Source: an uncultured Bacteriovoracaceae bacterium
Lineage (GTDB): Bacteria; Bdellovibrionota; UBA2428
Length of the DNA stretch: 64,000 bases
Direction of reading: 5' to 3'
Assembly: GCA_964636255.1 (NCBI GenBank)
Contig: CAZWNW010000003.1
Coordinates: 225,441-289,440 of the forward strand
The first letter of the stretch is position 1. Each line of letters begins with the position of its first letter. The position numbers were made by a program, and so were the translations under genes. Positions 37,940 through 48,332 of this stretch are shown here, one piece after another. The notes under the pieces were generated by a model. That model saw only the letters and a program-made list of their open reading frames with translations, made no database searches and was not told the origin of the DNA.

Positions 37940-38062
37940 CTGAAAATGATTCTATCTTCTCTGGACGGGAAGCCAAAGCCGACTGATTGACAGAGAGTCG
38001 GGCGACAAAAACCTGTCAGAGTCCGAAGTTACTTTGCTGCCGGCTAGGCGAAAGCGGCTCGC

Positions 38063-39856
38063 CTAAAGGAGCTGCAACGTTGAGCTGACCAAATTTCCAC
38101 CACGCTCTAGGCTTTGGTAGTTGGGATGATGCAGCTGAATGCCTCGAGAATCTTGTCGCAGATTGCCGATGTTGGTGGTCGTAAAGCGTGCTTCATAAAG
38201 AGTTTCTAGCGGCAATACGACGTTCGCGATATCCGTCAAGGGACCTCGCAAGGAGTCCGCGACGACGACAAAGGGGGCTTGTTTCAAATAGTTCACGAAA
38301 TTTTCCGGCAGTGTGCGTTGTGTGCTTTGACCGAAGACAAATACGGGTCCCACAGGGTGAGCTTCACCGAGTTCATCATGCAGCATCTCAACAGGAACAA
38401 TGCCTTCGTTCAAAAGGCCGCGGCCATTCAAATGACTCAGCAGCGGAATTGCGTGAGCATTGCTCGGCAGCATTTTGTAAAGAGCCCATTCACCTTCAGA
38501 AATCGGCATGGGCAATAGGTAAAGTGTCTCATCCAAGGCATCCGATGACTGGAAAAAATCTTTTTGTGGACGTTTTTCCCAGAGAAGCTTTCCGCTGCGA
38601 ATGGCGGGACCAAAAGTGAGCGAGAGAATGGGAATTTCTGTTTCAAGCTCACGGTAGCTCTCTAGAAGACTAACGATCTTTTTATACTTCTTGAATTGAG
38701 CGGGTGCCGAAAAAAGTGGAGTCGAAGCTTTTGTCGACCACAATTCGAGGAATTTTTTTGCGGTCTTCAATGGGTTGATCCCAGCGACATTGCGACCACG
38801 TTTTTCCCACGAAGCTGCAAGTGATTTTGCCCATGAAATTTCTTCATGAGGCGCTTCATCCCAGATCCAAAATTCCCAGCTTCCTTTAGTCTCTTCGATG
38901 GCAGCCTGGACTTCGCGCAAACTTGTCGATTCTAAGATCTGATCGCGACGAATCATCGGCGAATAAAGTCGACGTTCTTCCTCGTTATGAAAGTGATAGC
39001 CCCAACGGCCTTTGTCGCAGATCCACCAGTCGTTGACGGCAGCATTTTCCCGCGGCACCAATCGTTCAATGAGTGGCTTGGGGGGCATTCCATCCGGGCG
39101 CGCAATGCCGGGGTGGCGGTGTTTGGTGTGAATTTCCACATTGCATCCCATCGAGCAGCCGGTACAAATGCCCTCATGTTTTCGCAGCTCCCAGGGTCGG
39201 GCTTTGAAGCGATAATCGATTGCAGTTAATGCTCCGACGGGACATAAATCCACGACATTTCCCGAAAAAGGACTTTGCATAGCCCGACCTGCAAAAACAT
39301 CGATCTTCGACTTTGAAGCGCGTTCATTCACAACCAATTCCGTTCGGCCATCCAGTTCCGACGAAAAACGCACACAACGTGTGCAAAGAATGCAACGCTC
39401 TTGATCCAGCATCACTCCTTCGGCGACCGGCTTATGTTTGTCGAGAAGTTCTTTTTCTTCGGTCATGCGCGAGCGCGACGGACCATGATCGTAAGTATAG
39501 TCTTGGAGTTTACATTCTCCTCCGCGATCACAAATGGGACAATCTAGCGGGTGGTCCAGAAGCACAAATTCCAAAGTGGCGTTCTGACCTTTTTTTACAA
39601 AATCAGAATTGGTTTTAACTTTCATGCCTTCATTCACTGTGGTCGAGCAAGCAGTGGCTAGTTTTTTCTGGCCCTCGATTTCCACGTAACACATACGGCA
39701 CTGTCCAACGATCGTCAGTCCCGGGTGATAACAAAAATGGGGAATGAAGCTCTCAGCTTTTTTTGCAGCTTCGATCAGCGTGGTTCCCGGTGCAACCTGC
39801 ACCTCTTGACCGTCGATCGTCAGTTTTACGAGTGCTGCTATTTCGTTATCTGCCAC
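38063..39856 (-). CDS. nuoG: NADH-quinone oxidoreductase subunit G (75 kDa Fe-S subunit), short form
   Basis: The N-terminal 2Fe-2S is CYHPGLTIVGQCRMCYVEIEG. The 4Fe-4S motifs are HPLDCPICDRGGEC and CILCTRCVRF. The GTG start has GGAG upstream. Length is 597 aa. Confidence 0.8.
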   Translation of the reverse strand: MADNEIAALVKLTIDGQEVQVAPGTTLIEAAKKAESFIPHFCYHPGLTIVGQCRMCYVEIEGQKKLATACSTTVNEGMKVKTNSDFVKKGQNATLEFVLLDHPLDCPICDRGGECKLQDYTYDHGPSRSRMTEEKELLDKHKPVAEGVMLDQERCILCTRCVRFSSELDGRTELVVNERASKSKIDVFAGRAMQSPFSGNVVDLCPVGALTAIDYRFKARPWELRKHEGICTGCSMGCNVEIHTKHRHPGIARPDGMPPKPLIERLVPRENAAVNDWWICDKGRWGYHFHNEEERRLYSPMIRRDQILESTSLREVQAAIEETKGSWEFWIWDEAPHEEISWAKSLAASWEKRGRNVAGINPLKTAKKFLELWSTKASTPLFSAPAQFKKYKKIVSLLESYRELETEIPILSLTFGPAIRSGKLLWEKRPQKDFFQSSDALDETLYLLPMPISEGEWALYKMLPSNAHAIPLLSHLNGRGLLNEGIVPVEMLHDELGEAHPVGPVFVFGQSTQRTLPENFVNYLKQAPFVVVADSLRGPLTDIANVVLPLETLYEARFTTTNIGNLRQDSRGIQLHHPNYQSLERGGNLVSSTLQLL

Positions 39857-39884
39857 GTTATCGCTTCTCCATTCTATTCATTGA

Positions 39885-41591
39885 TTAACGATCAATCTCG
39901 CCTAGTACGGGATCCATGCTGGCAACAGTTGCAACGGCATCGGCGATGAGTTTGCCTTTCACAAGTTCCGGAAGAATAGCAACACTGCGAAAGGCCGGAC
40001 TGTGAATACGCAATCGGGCCGGGGAATTTCCGCCATCACTCTTCAGGAAAAAGCCGAATTCCCCTTTAGGATTTTCAATGGCAGAGTAAATCTGGCCTTT
40101 CGGAGCTTTGAAGCCTTCGGAAATAATCTTGAAATGCCAAATCAATGCTTCCATCTGTGTGTAGGTTTCTTCTTTGGTGGGGATAACGACTTCGGGAACA
40201 TCTGCGTTGATCGGACCCTCGGGAAGACCCGCGATAAGCTGCTGCAAAATTTTGATGCTCTCTTCCATTTCTCTGAGGCGCACCAAGTAGCGATCATAGG
40301 CATCACCCTGGGTGCCTACGGGTACGCGAAAATCCATTTCATTGTAGAGCATGTAGGGCATGTCTTTTCTAAGATCCCACTTTAGCCCCGTGGCGCGAAG
40401 ATTGGGTCCCGTGACGCCATACTTGATGCCCAATTCCGGAGTGATGACTCCGACCCCGCGTGTGCGGTCGATCCAAATGCGATTGTTCGTTAGCAGTGCA
40501 CTCATCTCATCCAGTGTTTGGGGAAGCTCTTTAAGGAAAGTTGTCAGGCCGTTCAGGAATGCCGAATTTGCATCACGTGAAACGCCACCCACTCGGGTGT
40601 AGCTGGTGGTGAAGCGGTGTCCGGCGAGTTTTTCGATGAGGTCGTAAATTTTTTCGCGTTCATCAAAAGTGTGGAAAAAAACCGTCGCAGCTCCGACGTC
40701 AAGTGCATAGGTTCCGAGCGAGAGTAAGTGGGCGCTGATCCGAGCCAATTCACAGGCGATCATGCGGATGTACTGACCTCGACGGGGAACTTCAATTCCT
40801 AGAAGTTTTTCAACCGCCAAGGTGTAGCTGACATTGTTTGATAAGGGGGCCAAATAATCTAGACGATCCGTGTAGGGAATAAATTGGTGAAATCGCTTGT
40901 TCTCGGCGATCTTTTCAAAACCCCGGTGGAGATAGCCGATTTCAGGAATACATTGAACAATGGTTTCACCATCGATCTCCAAAATCAGGCGTAAAACTCC
41001 GTGGGTCGAGGGATGCTGCGGACCCATGTTGAGAATAATTGTTTCTCTTTGTGATTTTCTGATGGGAGTCGTGATCGAGGGAAGTGAAAGTTTAACGCTT
41101 TCATCCGCGCGGCTAATGGGTCGCGTACCCTCGCCGCGCTTAATTTTCTCCTGAATTTTCATGACGGCCTGGATCACAGCCTCCGGTCGCGGAGGACAGC
41201 CCGGAATGTAGACGTCGACTGGGACTATGTGGTCGAGCCCCTGGACAACACTGTAACTGTCGAACATACCACCCGTGCAAAGGCAGGTGCCCATCGCGAT
41301 TACCCATTTGGGCTCCATCATCTGGTCGTAAATTTTCCGAACAACGGGGGCCATCTTATAGGTCAGGGTGCCGGCCACGATCATGAGGTCTGCTTGGCGT
41401 GGCGAAAAGCGCAAGACTTCGCTTCCGAATCGGGCCATATCAAAACGCGGACCGACGGCGGCCATCATTTCGATTGCGCAGCAACTGATGCCCATGGGCA
41501 TCGGCCAAAGACTGTTGGCGCGACCTTGGTTGATCACCCAGTCGAGTGAGGTTGTGATGACGGAGTCTCCGAGCTTCGATTCAAGTCCCAT
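39885..41591 (-). CDS. fused NuoB-NuoD (complex I 20 kDa plus 49 kDa subunits) without a NuoC domain
   Basis: The N-terminal NuoB signatures are [19 protein letters not shown] and IPGCPPRPE. After a linker of about 30 aa, NuoD starts with [17 protein letters not shown]. At 568 aa total there is no room for a NuoC domain. Confidence 0.8.
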   Translation of the reverse strand: MGLESKLGDSVITTSLDWVINQGRANSLWPMPMGISCCAIEMMAAVGPRFDMARFGSEVLRFSPRQADLMIVAGTLTYKMAPVVRKIYDQMMEPKWVIAMGTCLCTGGMFDSYSVVQGLDHIVPVDVYIPGCPPRPEAVIQAVMKIQEKIKRGEGTRPISRADESVKLSLPSITTPIRKSQRETIILNMGPQHPSTHGVLRLILEIDGETIVQCIPEIGYLHRGFEKIAENKRFHQFIPYTDRLDYLAPLSNNVSYTLAVEKLLGIEVPRRGQYIRMIACELARISAHLLSLGTYALDVGAATVFFHTFDEREKIYDLIEKLAGHRFTTSYTRVGGVSRDANSAFLNGLTTFLKELPQTLDEMSALLTNNRIWIDRTRGVGVITPELGIKYGVTGPNLRATGLKWDLRKDMPYMLYNEMDFRVPVGTQGDAYDRYLVRLREMEESIKILQQLIAGLPEGPINADVPEVVIPTKEETYTQMEALIWHFKIISEGFKAPKGQIYSAIENPKGEFGFFLKSDGGNSPARLRIHSPAFRSVAILPELVKGKLIADAVATVASMDPVLGEIDR

Positions 41592-41667
41592 GGTGTAAGT
41601 GGATTTATCCTCCTAAGTGGGGATTTTCTCAAGGTCATTCTCGGGAACTATGAAGAATTTGGCGAGC

Positions 41668-42048
41668 TTAAACGGCTTCCGGATCCGGGCGCAAGTCAGT
41701 GCGTTCTTCGCGCAAAACCTCTCGAATGTCGCCGCGTTTTTGATAGGCCCGCAGAAGCAAATCCTGACGTGCTAGTAAACGCTCGCTGCGGCTGATCTTT
41801 GCCAGAATACGATCGATCTGAATGTCTTGAAGTTTGCCTTGTTGAGCCAATTGAACCGCGATTTCTCCGGCGCGGCGATAGGATTGCCGTTGTTTCTGCT
41901 GAATCTTGGCGGAATCCCAAAGAATCTGGAGAATTTTGCCGGTACGAAGTAGTTCGCGGACCGAAGGGCCCAGTGTGCGGCGGACCCAGCGCAGAAGACG
42001 CCACCCGAAACTACGATTTTTTTTCAATCGGGCACGTGCGCGAGTCAT
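41668..42048 (-). CDS. basic, helical hypothetical protein
   Basis: 126 aa. It is very Arg/Lys/Gln-rich with coiled-coil-like composition. It lies directly upstream of the nuoBD fusion on the same strand. Confidence 0.35.
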   Translation of the reverse strand: MTRARARLKKNRSFGWRLLRWVRRTLGPSVRELLRTGKILQILWDSAKIQQKQRQSYRRAGEIAVQLAQQGKLQDIQIDRILAKISRSERLLARQDLLLRAYQKRGDIREVLREERTDLRPDPEAV

Positions 42049-42194
42049 AATCCAAGCTTAGTCCCCAGTCGGCAGGGCGGGCAAGGGCCACAGAGAGCTC
42101 ATTGGGGCTAAAAATCCGGCACCAAAGGACTTTTTCGCTCCGAGCCACTTGAAGAAGGGCCGCGGATTCTCTAGAAGACGAAGCTTCAAATCGT

Positions 42195-42281
42195 GCCGAA
42201 GTGGCGGAATTGGTAGACGCAGTGGATTCAAAATCCACCGCCCGTCAGGGCTTGAGAGTTCGAGTCTCTCCTTCGGTACCA
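42195..42281 (+). tRNA. tRNA-Leu (anticodon CAA)
   Basis: The sequence is GCCGAAGTGGCGGAATTGGTAGACGC...GTGGA-TTCAAAA-TCCAC with the long variable arm typical of Leu tRNAs. The anticodon loop is TT-CAA-AA. The T-arm is GAGAG-TTCGAGT-CTCTC. The acceptor 3' end is CTTCGGT-A-CCA, with G1-U72. Confidence 0.85.
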
Positions 42282-42310
42282 TTTTTCGCGGCCCGCGCAG
42301 CGGGGAACAA

Positions 42311-42336
42311 AAAGTGACCGACGTCACTTTTTGACG
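42311..42336 (+). terminator. hairpin plus T-run after tRNA-Leu
   Basis: The hairpin is AAAGTGAC-cgac-GTCACTTTTT. Confidence 0.45.
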
Positions 42337-42616
42337 CGAAAAAGCCTGAGCACTTGCGGAGGGAAGAGGGAGCGGAGCGACCGACCCCGCAGCAAGCGCG
42401 CAGGGGCAGAAAGCATCCAGTACAAAAAAAATCAAACTGCCCCTGAGTAGCAATTGCTCTAGCTTTGCGGAGGGTGGTGGTCTCCACCACTAAAATGGTA
42501 CCGACCTTTTGCGGGTATCGAGATTTTCTGCGAGCTGCGCCGATAAGATCAAAATTCCAGCCGTGCGATTGTTTGGGGGCTGCACCGCATTTGGGGAACA
42601 ATTGTTTTATCATTGA

Positions 42617-42949
42617 GTGATGAGTATCAGTTTGAGTGCTTTTCTGCTTTTAATCCTTGGACTCATTTTCCTGATTTTTTTTATTTGGCGTCATTACTTT
42701 TCACTGGCCAAGAAAGCGCTGTTGGATTGGGCCCGTCAGGAGAATTTCAAGGTTATCGAGCTGAAACGATGCCAATGGGACTTGGGACCATTTAAGTGGA
42801 AAGCTGTCCGAGGTCAGGAAGTCTTTCGGATTCAAGTCCAAGATTTTAGCGGACAGATTCGGCGAGCTTGGATCCGAGTGAACGTTCCTATCTACGGAAG
42901 TCTTTTAAATTTGGTGGGTGGATCACCCGTCGAAGTGCATTGGGAATAA
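42617..42949 (+). CDS. small membrane-anchored hypothetical protein
   Basis: 110 aa. The N-terminal TM is SLSAFLLLILGLIFLIFFIW. Low confidence. Confidence 0.3.
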   Translation: MMSISLSAFLLLILGLIFLIFFIWRHYFSLAKKALLDWARQENFKVIELKRCQWDLGPFKWKAVRGQEVFRIQVQDFSGQIRRAWIRVNVPIYGSLLNLVGGSPVEVHWE

Positions 42950-43064
42950 TGCGCTATTTCAATTCCAAGATTCACAGCCCGACATTTTCAATGCTCTGAC
43001 GAAGCCGTAGATTCCGAGAGTAGCGGGGGACTTTTGACTTCATAGGCGACTTTGAAAAATTCCT

Positions 43065-43871
43065 TTGTTTTATCGGGTGGGAAGCCGACTCGGACTGTTT
43101 TTAAATGGTCCCCCAAGCCTCGTAATCTCAAAGCGACGGAAAAATCTTTTGGGCGATCCCTTTCTGGTTTTTTTTGATGATGATGTGATTGTCGGTGCAT
43201 CCTGTCTGGCCGCTTATCAGAGGGCCCATAATCAATTTCCTGGAAGAAAGTTTTTTGGGGGACCCACAAGCGGAATTTTCGAGAAAAGCTGCCCCAAATG
43301 GCTCGAGTCCCTGCAGCCTAGTTCCGTCAATGGTTTGAGATACAGCCCTGAGGAACTCAAGACCAGAAAGAAGGAGCCTTTCTTTTTGGGTTTCAACTGG
43401 GCTTGCAGTCGGAGTTTGATTTTGGAATACGGCGGTTTTGATCTTAGATTTGGACCAGGTTCTCTGACTGGGGCCACCGGGCAGGAAACACGAATGCAAA
43501 ATCTTTTGAAGCAGTCGGGGGTCCGGGCGGTTTATGTTCCTGATGCTGGTGTTGCTCATTTTGTCCCCGCAGAATCGATCAGCCTCCGTTGGGCCATCAG
43601 ACGGCGCTATCGCAACGGAATGGAGTTTGAACTCAATTATCCCAGTGGAATCAGAGCTCGTTTTATAGCCCTCATAAAAAAACTGATTCTGCTTCCGTTG
43701 GGCTTCCGAGGACTGCGACCGGGCGGCGAGTGGCTTTGCGGTTTAGGATTCGAAATGGGTCGTTGGAAAATAAAGAGCAACAGATTTTTTCGAAGGGCGT
43801 CTCACATTGCGCTGCAGTCGACATCACCCGCGCCCATGTGGTCAAAGCCTTGGAGGAGAAGGCAATTATAG
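43065..43871 (+). pseudogene. N-terminally truncated GT2-family glycosyltransferase fragment
   Basis: It has GT2 core motifs: FLVFFDDDV (DXD) and NWACSRSLILEYGGFDLRF. The first roughly 60 aa, with the IIPxYN and DDGS motifs, are missing. All three upstream frames are closed and unrelated. The start is TTG. Confidence 0.4.
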
Positions 43872-44323
43872 TCTTTGTGGCAGTCTTGGATGCTGTAGCT
43901 CATCACATTGGGTCGGGGATTGAAGGTTTCCTGGGGAAGTCCAAAGCTTTTTCGGATATCCGTTTCCTTCAAACGACTTTTAAAATGGAGATTGATCGCT
44001 TGGAGGGATCCACGTTCCCAGGCCAGGCTAATTCTCTGAATTTGAGAATGAATTTTGGGAACCAATTCCTGTGGAAATTCGAAACCCTCGTAATAAGCAT
44101 CCGTATTCTTGCAGGGATCTCCTTTGTTGAGATAGTTTTTTAGATCACAGTTAAATCTTGGATCGCGGTGCTTGAATTTCTTTTCCAAAAAGCAGCCAAA
44201 GTCAGGCAGCGTGGATCTGGGCCAAGTCATCACGTCGTCGCTTTTAATTTTTTCCCAATCTGATGCTGCGTTCACTTCAGAACTAAATAAGAAACTGATT
44301 GCCACCATGAATACTTTTTTCAT
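43802..44323 (-). CDS. secreted Cys-rich hypothetical protein
   Basis: ATG at 44323 gives MKKVFMVAISFLFSSEVNAAS, a signal peptide. The mature part has 7 Cys. Confidence 0.5.
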   Translation of the reverse strand: MKKVFMVAISFLFSSEVNAASDWEKIKSDDVMTWPRSTLPDFGCFLEKKFKHRDPRFNCDLKNYLNKGDPCKNTDAYYEGFEFPQELVPKIHSQIQRISLAWERGSLQAINLHFKSRLKETDIRKSFGLPQETFNPRPNVMSYSIQDCHKDYNCLLLQGFDHMGAGDVDCSAM

Positions 44324-44474
44324 TCCTAGACGGTATCGGTGAACGGTTGAGGCCGCAAGGGGGGCGAAGCGAAGTCCCATGTCCGTTTTTTTCATTTTCT
44401 AACCGCTAGGACGGGAGCCTTCTGAATTTCTATTCGCTCCTTGAATTCTACCGAAGGGCTTCTAGACTATCAAA

Positions 44475-46133
44475 ATGGTTAAAAAATGGGAGTCGTGGCT
44501 TCCCGCTCTTCTATTTATCTCTCTTTTTATTTTTGCAGCCTACAGCAACATCTTCGATTGGGATCACTTTCTGGCAGCGGCCGAAGCAGATCTTCGCTCG
44601 TGGATGATTTGGGGCGAGGCACCGGTCTGGAGTTATCTTTTCTGTGGAGGTGTGACCCGTGCAGGCGATCCACAAGCTTACGGTTTATCGCCTCTCTTTT
44701 TAAGTCACATTATTTTTGGCTCGTTTTGGGGTTGGAAAGTCCTGATCGTTTTGACGGCCACCGTTGGCTACCATTTCATGCGCCGCTTGCAATTGCATTT
44801 TTTTCCTGGGCTCAATGCAAATTTTTCTCGTTTGGTAATCTTGACTTATATTTTTGGAAATTTCTTCTTGTGGCATGTGCACCACGGGCACCTCACCTTT
44901 CTTTTAAATTATCTAGTTCTAGGACTTCTTTACTATTTCTTACGAGCCACCCAGGGGGCATTACGACTTAGGGAGCTCTTATGGGTAAGTCTACTGAGCT
45001 GGGCTATTTTTTCGGCGGGCTTCTATCACACCAGCGTGTTTTTTGGCCTACCCCTGGCCATCAGCTGTGTTCTATTTTTCTGCTTAGTATTCGTGCGGCC
45101 TGCAAGTCGGAAGAATTTTCCCATACGGGCCATGGGAAGTTTCCTGCTCTTTCTTAGTGTGGGCATCGCGGGGGCAATATACAAGTGGGGTGCCGTTTTA
45201 GGTTATCAACTTGAGAACCCACGTGTCGTCGAATCATTCAACGAGACGATGACTTTTGTGGGCTTTCTTAAAAACCTATTTTTGCCCACGAAAGATTATC
45301 AGTTTCTAGGTTTTTTAGGGAACGAGGGACCGTGGGGAATTTGGGAATATTCGGCATTTTCTCTGGTGGCTTGGCTCTTTCTTTTTATGGTGGTGGTGCT
45401 TTTAATTCAAAAGAAGCGTCTGGACCTTTCCTCAAACATTGCGAAGTTCTCGCTAATTTTTCTCGGAGTCAGCACGGCCTTTTATTTGGGTGGTGATTCC
45501 ATCTTTTATCCATTCAAATTTGTGAATGAAGTCTTTCTCAGTAATTCGGTTCGCGTGATCGGTCGCTTTGGCCACAATTTAACTCTGGCATTTCTGCTTC
45601 TCGTGTTCTTGATGGCCGAGAAACTTCCACGAATCAGTAATTTTTTAGGAAAGCGAAGTGTCTACGCCCTATCCATCTTGATTCTCTTGTTGAATTTCCT
45701 AAGTTTCTCGCCGACTCTATTCAATCCGTTGCCACCTAAGTTTTTTGCTGAACTGGATTTCAATCCCGACCCCGAAATGAGAGCAGTGATGTCGACGCGA
45801 CCTCGAACTGACCGGCAATCCTTTATGTACGAGCCCATTTTGGCCGGAGTTGCAGTGCTGAATTGCTATAATCCTATTGCCAGAGAATCCGTGGTTGTGG
45901 CGGAGATGTCGGAACTTGCTCTAAAGTTGGAAGCCAAGCCGCTTCCCTTCATTCAGTTCGACAGCGCTCCGAGTGAGGATTGTATTCGCGATACTTTTTT
46001 TACAGCGTCTAAGCTGCGGGTTGGGAAAGCTTGTCCTTCGGGGTGTTTCCTTCTGAATCAACTGAAGCCTGAAGATGCAGCCCTCTACGTTCGAGACCCC
46101 GTTTCCGGTCATCATTGTTTTAAGAAAGAATAA
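44475..46133 (+). CDS. polytopic integral membrane protein (more than 10 TM), hypothetical. It is possibly a second GT-C-like enzyme.
   Basis: 552 aa, highly hydrophobic. The acidic motif SNIFDWDHF follows the first TM. Confidence 0.5.
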   Translation: MVKKWESWLPALLFISLFIFAAYSNIFDWDHFLAAAEADLRSWMIWGEAPVWSYLFCGGVTRAGDPQAYGLSPLFLSHIIFGSFWGWKVLIVLTATVGYHFMRRLQLHFFPGLNANFSRLVILTYIFGNFFLWHVHHGHLTFLLNYLVLGLLYYFLRATQGALRLRELLWVSLLSWAIFSAGFYHTSVFFGLPLAISCVLFFCLVFVRPASRKNFPIRAMGSFLLFLSVGIAGAIYKWGAVLGYQLENPRVVESFNETMTFVGFLKNLFLPTKDYQFLGFLGNEGPWGIWEYSAFSLVAWLFLFMVVVLLIQKKRLDLSSNIAKFSLIFLGVSTAFYLGGDSIFYPFKFVNEVFLSNSVRVIGRFGHNLTLAFLLLVFLMAEKLPRISNFLGKRSVYALSILILLLNFLSFSPTLFNPLPPKFFAELDFNPDPEMRAVMSTRPRTDRQSFMYEPILAGVAVLNCYNPIARESVVVAEMSELALKLEAKPLPFIQFDSAPSEDCIRDTFFTASKLRVGKACPSGCFLLNQLKPEDAALYVRDPVSGHHCFKKE

Positions 46134-46171
46134 GCAATGATTGGCCTGCTTCGCTTACTAGAATAGGCGAG

Positions 46172-46891
46172 TTATTTTCCGCCGCCGGTATCCATGCCGC
46201 CATAGACCAGGCTGTCAGAGGAAAGCGGTGCTTCAAATACATCGGGCGTCCAGTATCGCAAATACTGCAGTACCAGGGCGTCTCTTTCTTTATTGTGATC
46301 CAGAAGAATTTCCAGCTGCGAACTTTCAGTCGGAAGATCTTCATTTTCTTTAGGTTCTTTAGGGGCAGAATCTGAATCAGGCAGGCTAGAATAATTTTTA
46401 TATTCAGGCTCTGATCGCGCCGAAAAAAGCAGACCTTTTTTGTTAAAATCTTTTGAAGCGTAGAGTGCTGTGCGAACCACTTGAGGCTCTTGGGAGTCAA
46501 ACTCTAGCGTGACATCCAAACGAATTTCCGACAAAGGCCCTAAGAAAAAATGGGGAACGATGGTGACTTTGAAATATACTCCGTCAGCACTCAGGCCCTC
46601 GAAAACACTTTTTTCGATTTTTTGCAGGGCTAAACGGATCGCTTCATTTTCAGTATTTCTCAGAAGCTTGGCATCCAGGGCATCCCTCAAGAAGAAGTAG
46701 TCACTAGCAAAGGGGACGAAATCACCCACTTGGATACGACTCGGGGCTTGATTCGTAGAACTTGTACTGTTTTCAGCGCTCTGCTGGCGAATTTTTTGGT
46801 CGAGCTGACTCACTTCCTCTGCAAATGCAGTTGCGGAACTTGCGAGAATTCCGCCAAGGATAGAGAGCATCAAAAGCTGTTTAAAATTCAT
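46172..46891 (-). CDS. secreted hypothetical protein
   Basis: ATG at 46891 gives MNFKQLLMLSILGGILASSATAFA, a signal peptide. Confidence 0.5.
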   Translation of the reverse strand: MNFKQLLMLSILGGILASSATAFAEEVSQLDQKIRQQSAENSTSSTNQAPSRIQVGDFVPFASDYFFLRDALDAKLLRNTENEAIRLALQKIEKSVFEGLSADGVYFKVTIVPHFFLGPLSEIRLDVTLEFDSQEPQVVRTALYASKDFNKKGLLFSARSEPEYKNYSSLPDSDSAPKEPKENEDLPTESSQLEILLDHNKERDALVLQYLRYWTPDVFEAPLSSDSLVYGGMDTGGGK

Positions 46892-47060
46892 TAACTTACA
46901 CCTCAAGTGCCCCTGGCCCTGAAAAGAGAGCTGGAGCCCAGCATTTGTAACGAATTTGGCGCCTGGCGTCAAGATGCAAGTCGTTCTGGAGCCTCGTGGA
47001 TAGCTGCAAGTTTTTGCTTGATCTTCAGGCCCTTAGGAAGATAAAAGGCGAGCTTCTCGT

Positions 47061-47306
47061 ATGAAAAAAGATATTCATCCCACAAACTACCGCCCCGTTG
47101 TTTTCCAGGACGTTTCCTGTGATTTTTCCTTCCTCACGCGCTCGGCTGTCCCTACCAAGGACAAGATTAAGTGGGAAGATGGCCAAGAATATCCCTTGGT
47201 GAAAGTGGAAATTTCTAGTCAGTCGCATCCCTTTTTCACTGGTAAACAGCGTCTTTTGGATACCGAAGGACGCGTTGATAAATTCAACAAAAAGTACCGT
47301 CGTTAG
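47061..47306 (+). CDS. rpmE2: 50S ribosomal protein L31 type B (non-zinc-ribbon paralog)
   Basis: The N-terminus is [15 protein letters not shown]. The C-terminus is HPFFTGKQ. Only one Cys is present, so the CxxC pairs are absent. Confidence 0.85.
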   Translation: MKKDIHPTNYRPVVFQDVSCDFSFLTRSAVPTKDKIKWEDGQEYPLVKVEISSQSHPFFTGKQRLLDTEGRVDKFNKKYRR

Positions 47307-47417
47307 ATTAAACGCTTTAAGAGGCTCAGTGGACCCTGGAATTCCCAAGAATTCCGGGGTTTTTTGTGTCTGCGAATCTGCTTCACTCGCAGTCTGAAAT
47401 TGACTATGGGAGAGGGC

Positions 47418-48314
47418 ATGACACAAACGCCCGGCTTTCAACCTACGATTAACCTCAAAACTGGTCTTGCAGAGATGCTCAAAGGTGGCGTCATTATGGA
47501 CGTCATCAATGTCGAGCAGGCTAAGATCGCTGAGGACGCCGGAGCCGTGGCCGTAATGGCTTTGGAGCGCGTGCCTTCTGATATTCGCAAAGAAGGCGGC
47601 GTCTCACGGATGTCGGATCCTCGCATGATCGAAGAAATAATGGCTGCCGTAAGCATCCCTGTGATGGCAAAAGTTCGCATCGGCCATTTTGTCGAAGCGC
47701 AAATTCTAGAGGCTCTAGGTGTGGATTACATCGACGAGAGCGAAGTTCTGACTCCCGCAGATGATCGCTACCATATCAATAAATTCCAGTTCAAAGTTCC
47801 CTTCGTTTGCGGAGCTTGTAACTTAGGTGAAGCACTTCGTCGTATTGGCGAAGGAGCAGCTTTGATGCGTACAAAAGGCGAAGCTGGAACGGGCGATGTT
47901 GTTGAAGGCGTAAAACACCTTCGTCAAATAGTTTCCGAGATTAAGCGCCTGGGTGCGATGGACGAATCTACTCTGATGACGGAAGCGAAGAATTTTGGTG
48001 CTCCCTACGAATTAGTTTTACGTGTAGCGCGCGAGGGCCGTTTGCCCGTGCCCAATTTTGCGGCGGGCGGCGTGGCTACTCCGGCTGATGCGGCGCTCAT
48101 GATGCAACTAGGTGCGGAGTCAGTGTTTGTTGGATCTGGAATTTTCAAAAGTGATAATCCGGCACTTTTTGCCAAAGCCATCGTTAATGCCGTCGCTCAA
48201 TATCAGGATCCCGCTGCAATCCTAGCCGCAAGCCGCGGTTTGGGTTCTGCGATGCGAGGCCGATCAGCGCGTGCCTTGGATGAGATGGAACGCTTGGCCG
48301 AGCGTGGTTGGTAA
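47418..48314 (+). CDS. pdxS: pyridoxal 5'-phosphate synthase lyase subunit PdxS
   Basis: Motifs are [31 protein letters not shown] and [18 protein letters not shown] at 47418 has GGGAGAGGG upstream. Confidence 0.9.
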   Translation: MTQTPGFQPTINLKTGLAEMLKGGVIMDVINVEQAKIAEDAGAVAVMALERVPSDIRKEGGVSRMSDPRMIEEIMAAVSIPVMAKVRIGHFVEAQILEALGVDYIDESEVLTPADDRYHINKFQFKVPFVCGACNLGEALRRIGEGAALMRTKGEAGTGDVVEGVKHLRQIVSEIKRLGAMDESTLMTEAKNFGAPYELVLRVAREGRLPVPNFAAGGVATPADAALMMQLGAESVFVGSGIFKSDNPALFAKAIVNAVAQYQDPAAILAASRGLGSAMRGRSARALDEMERLAERGW

Positions 48315-48332
48315 TTGCTCAACGGGTGCATT

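Noticed and set aside
42058-42453. 131-aa ORF overlapping the tRNA-Leu
   Set aside because: It overlaps a well-formed tRNA gene on the opposite strand. It is Pro/Leu/Arg-rich with no start context.
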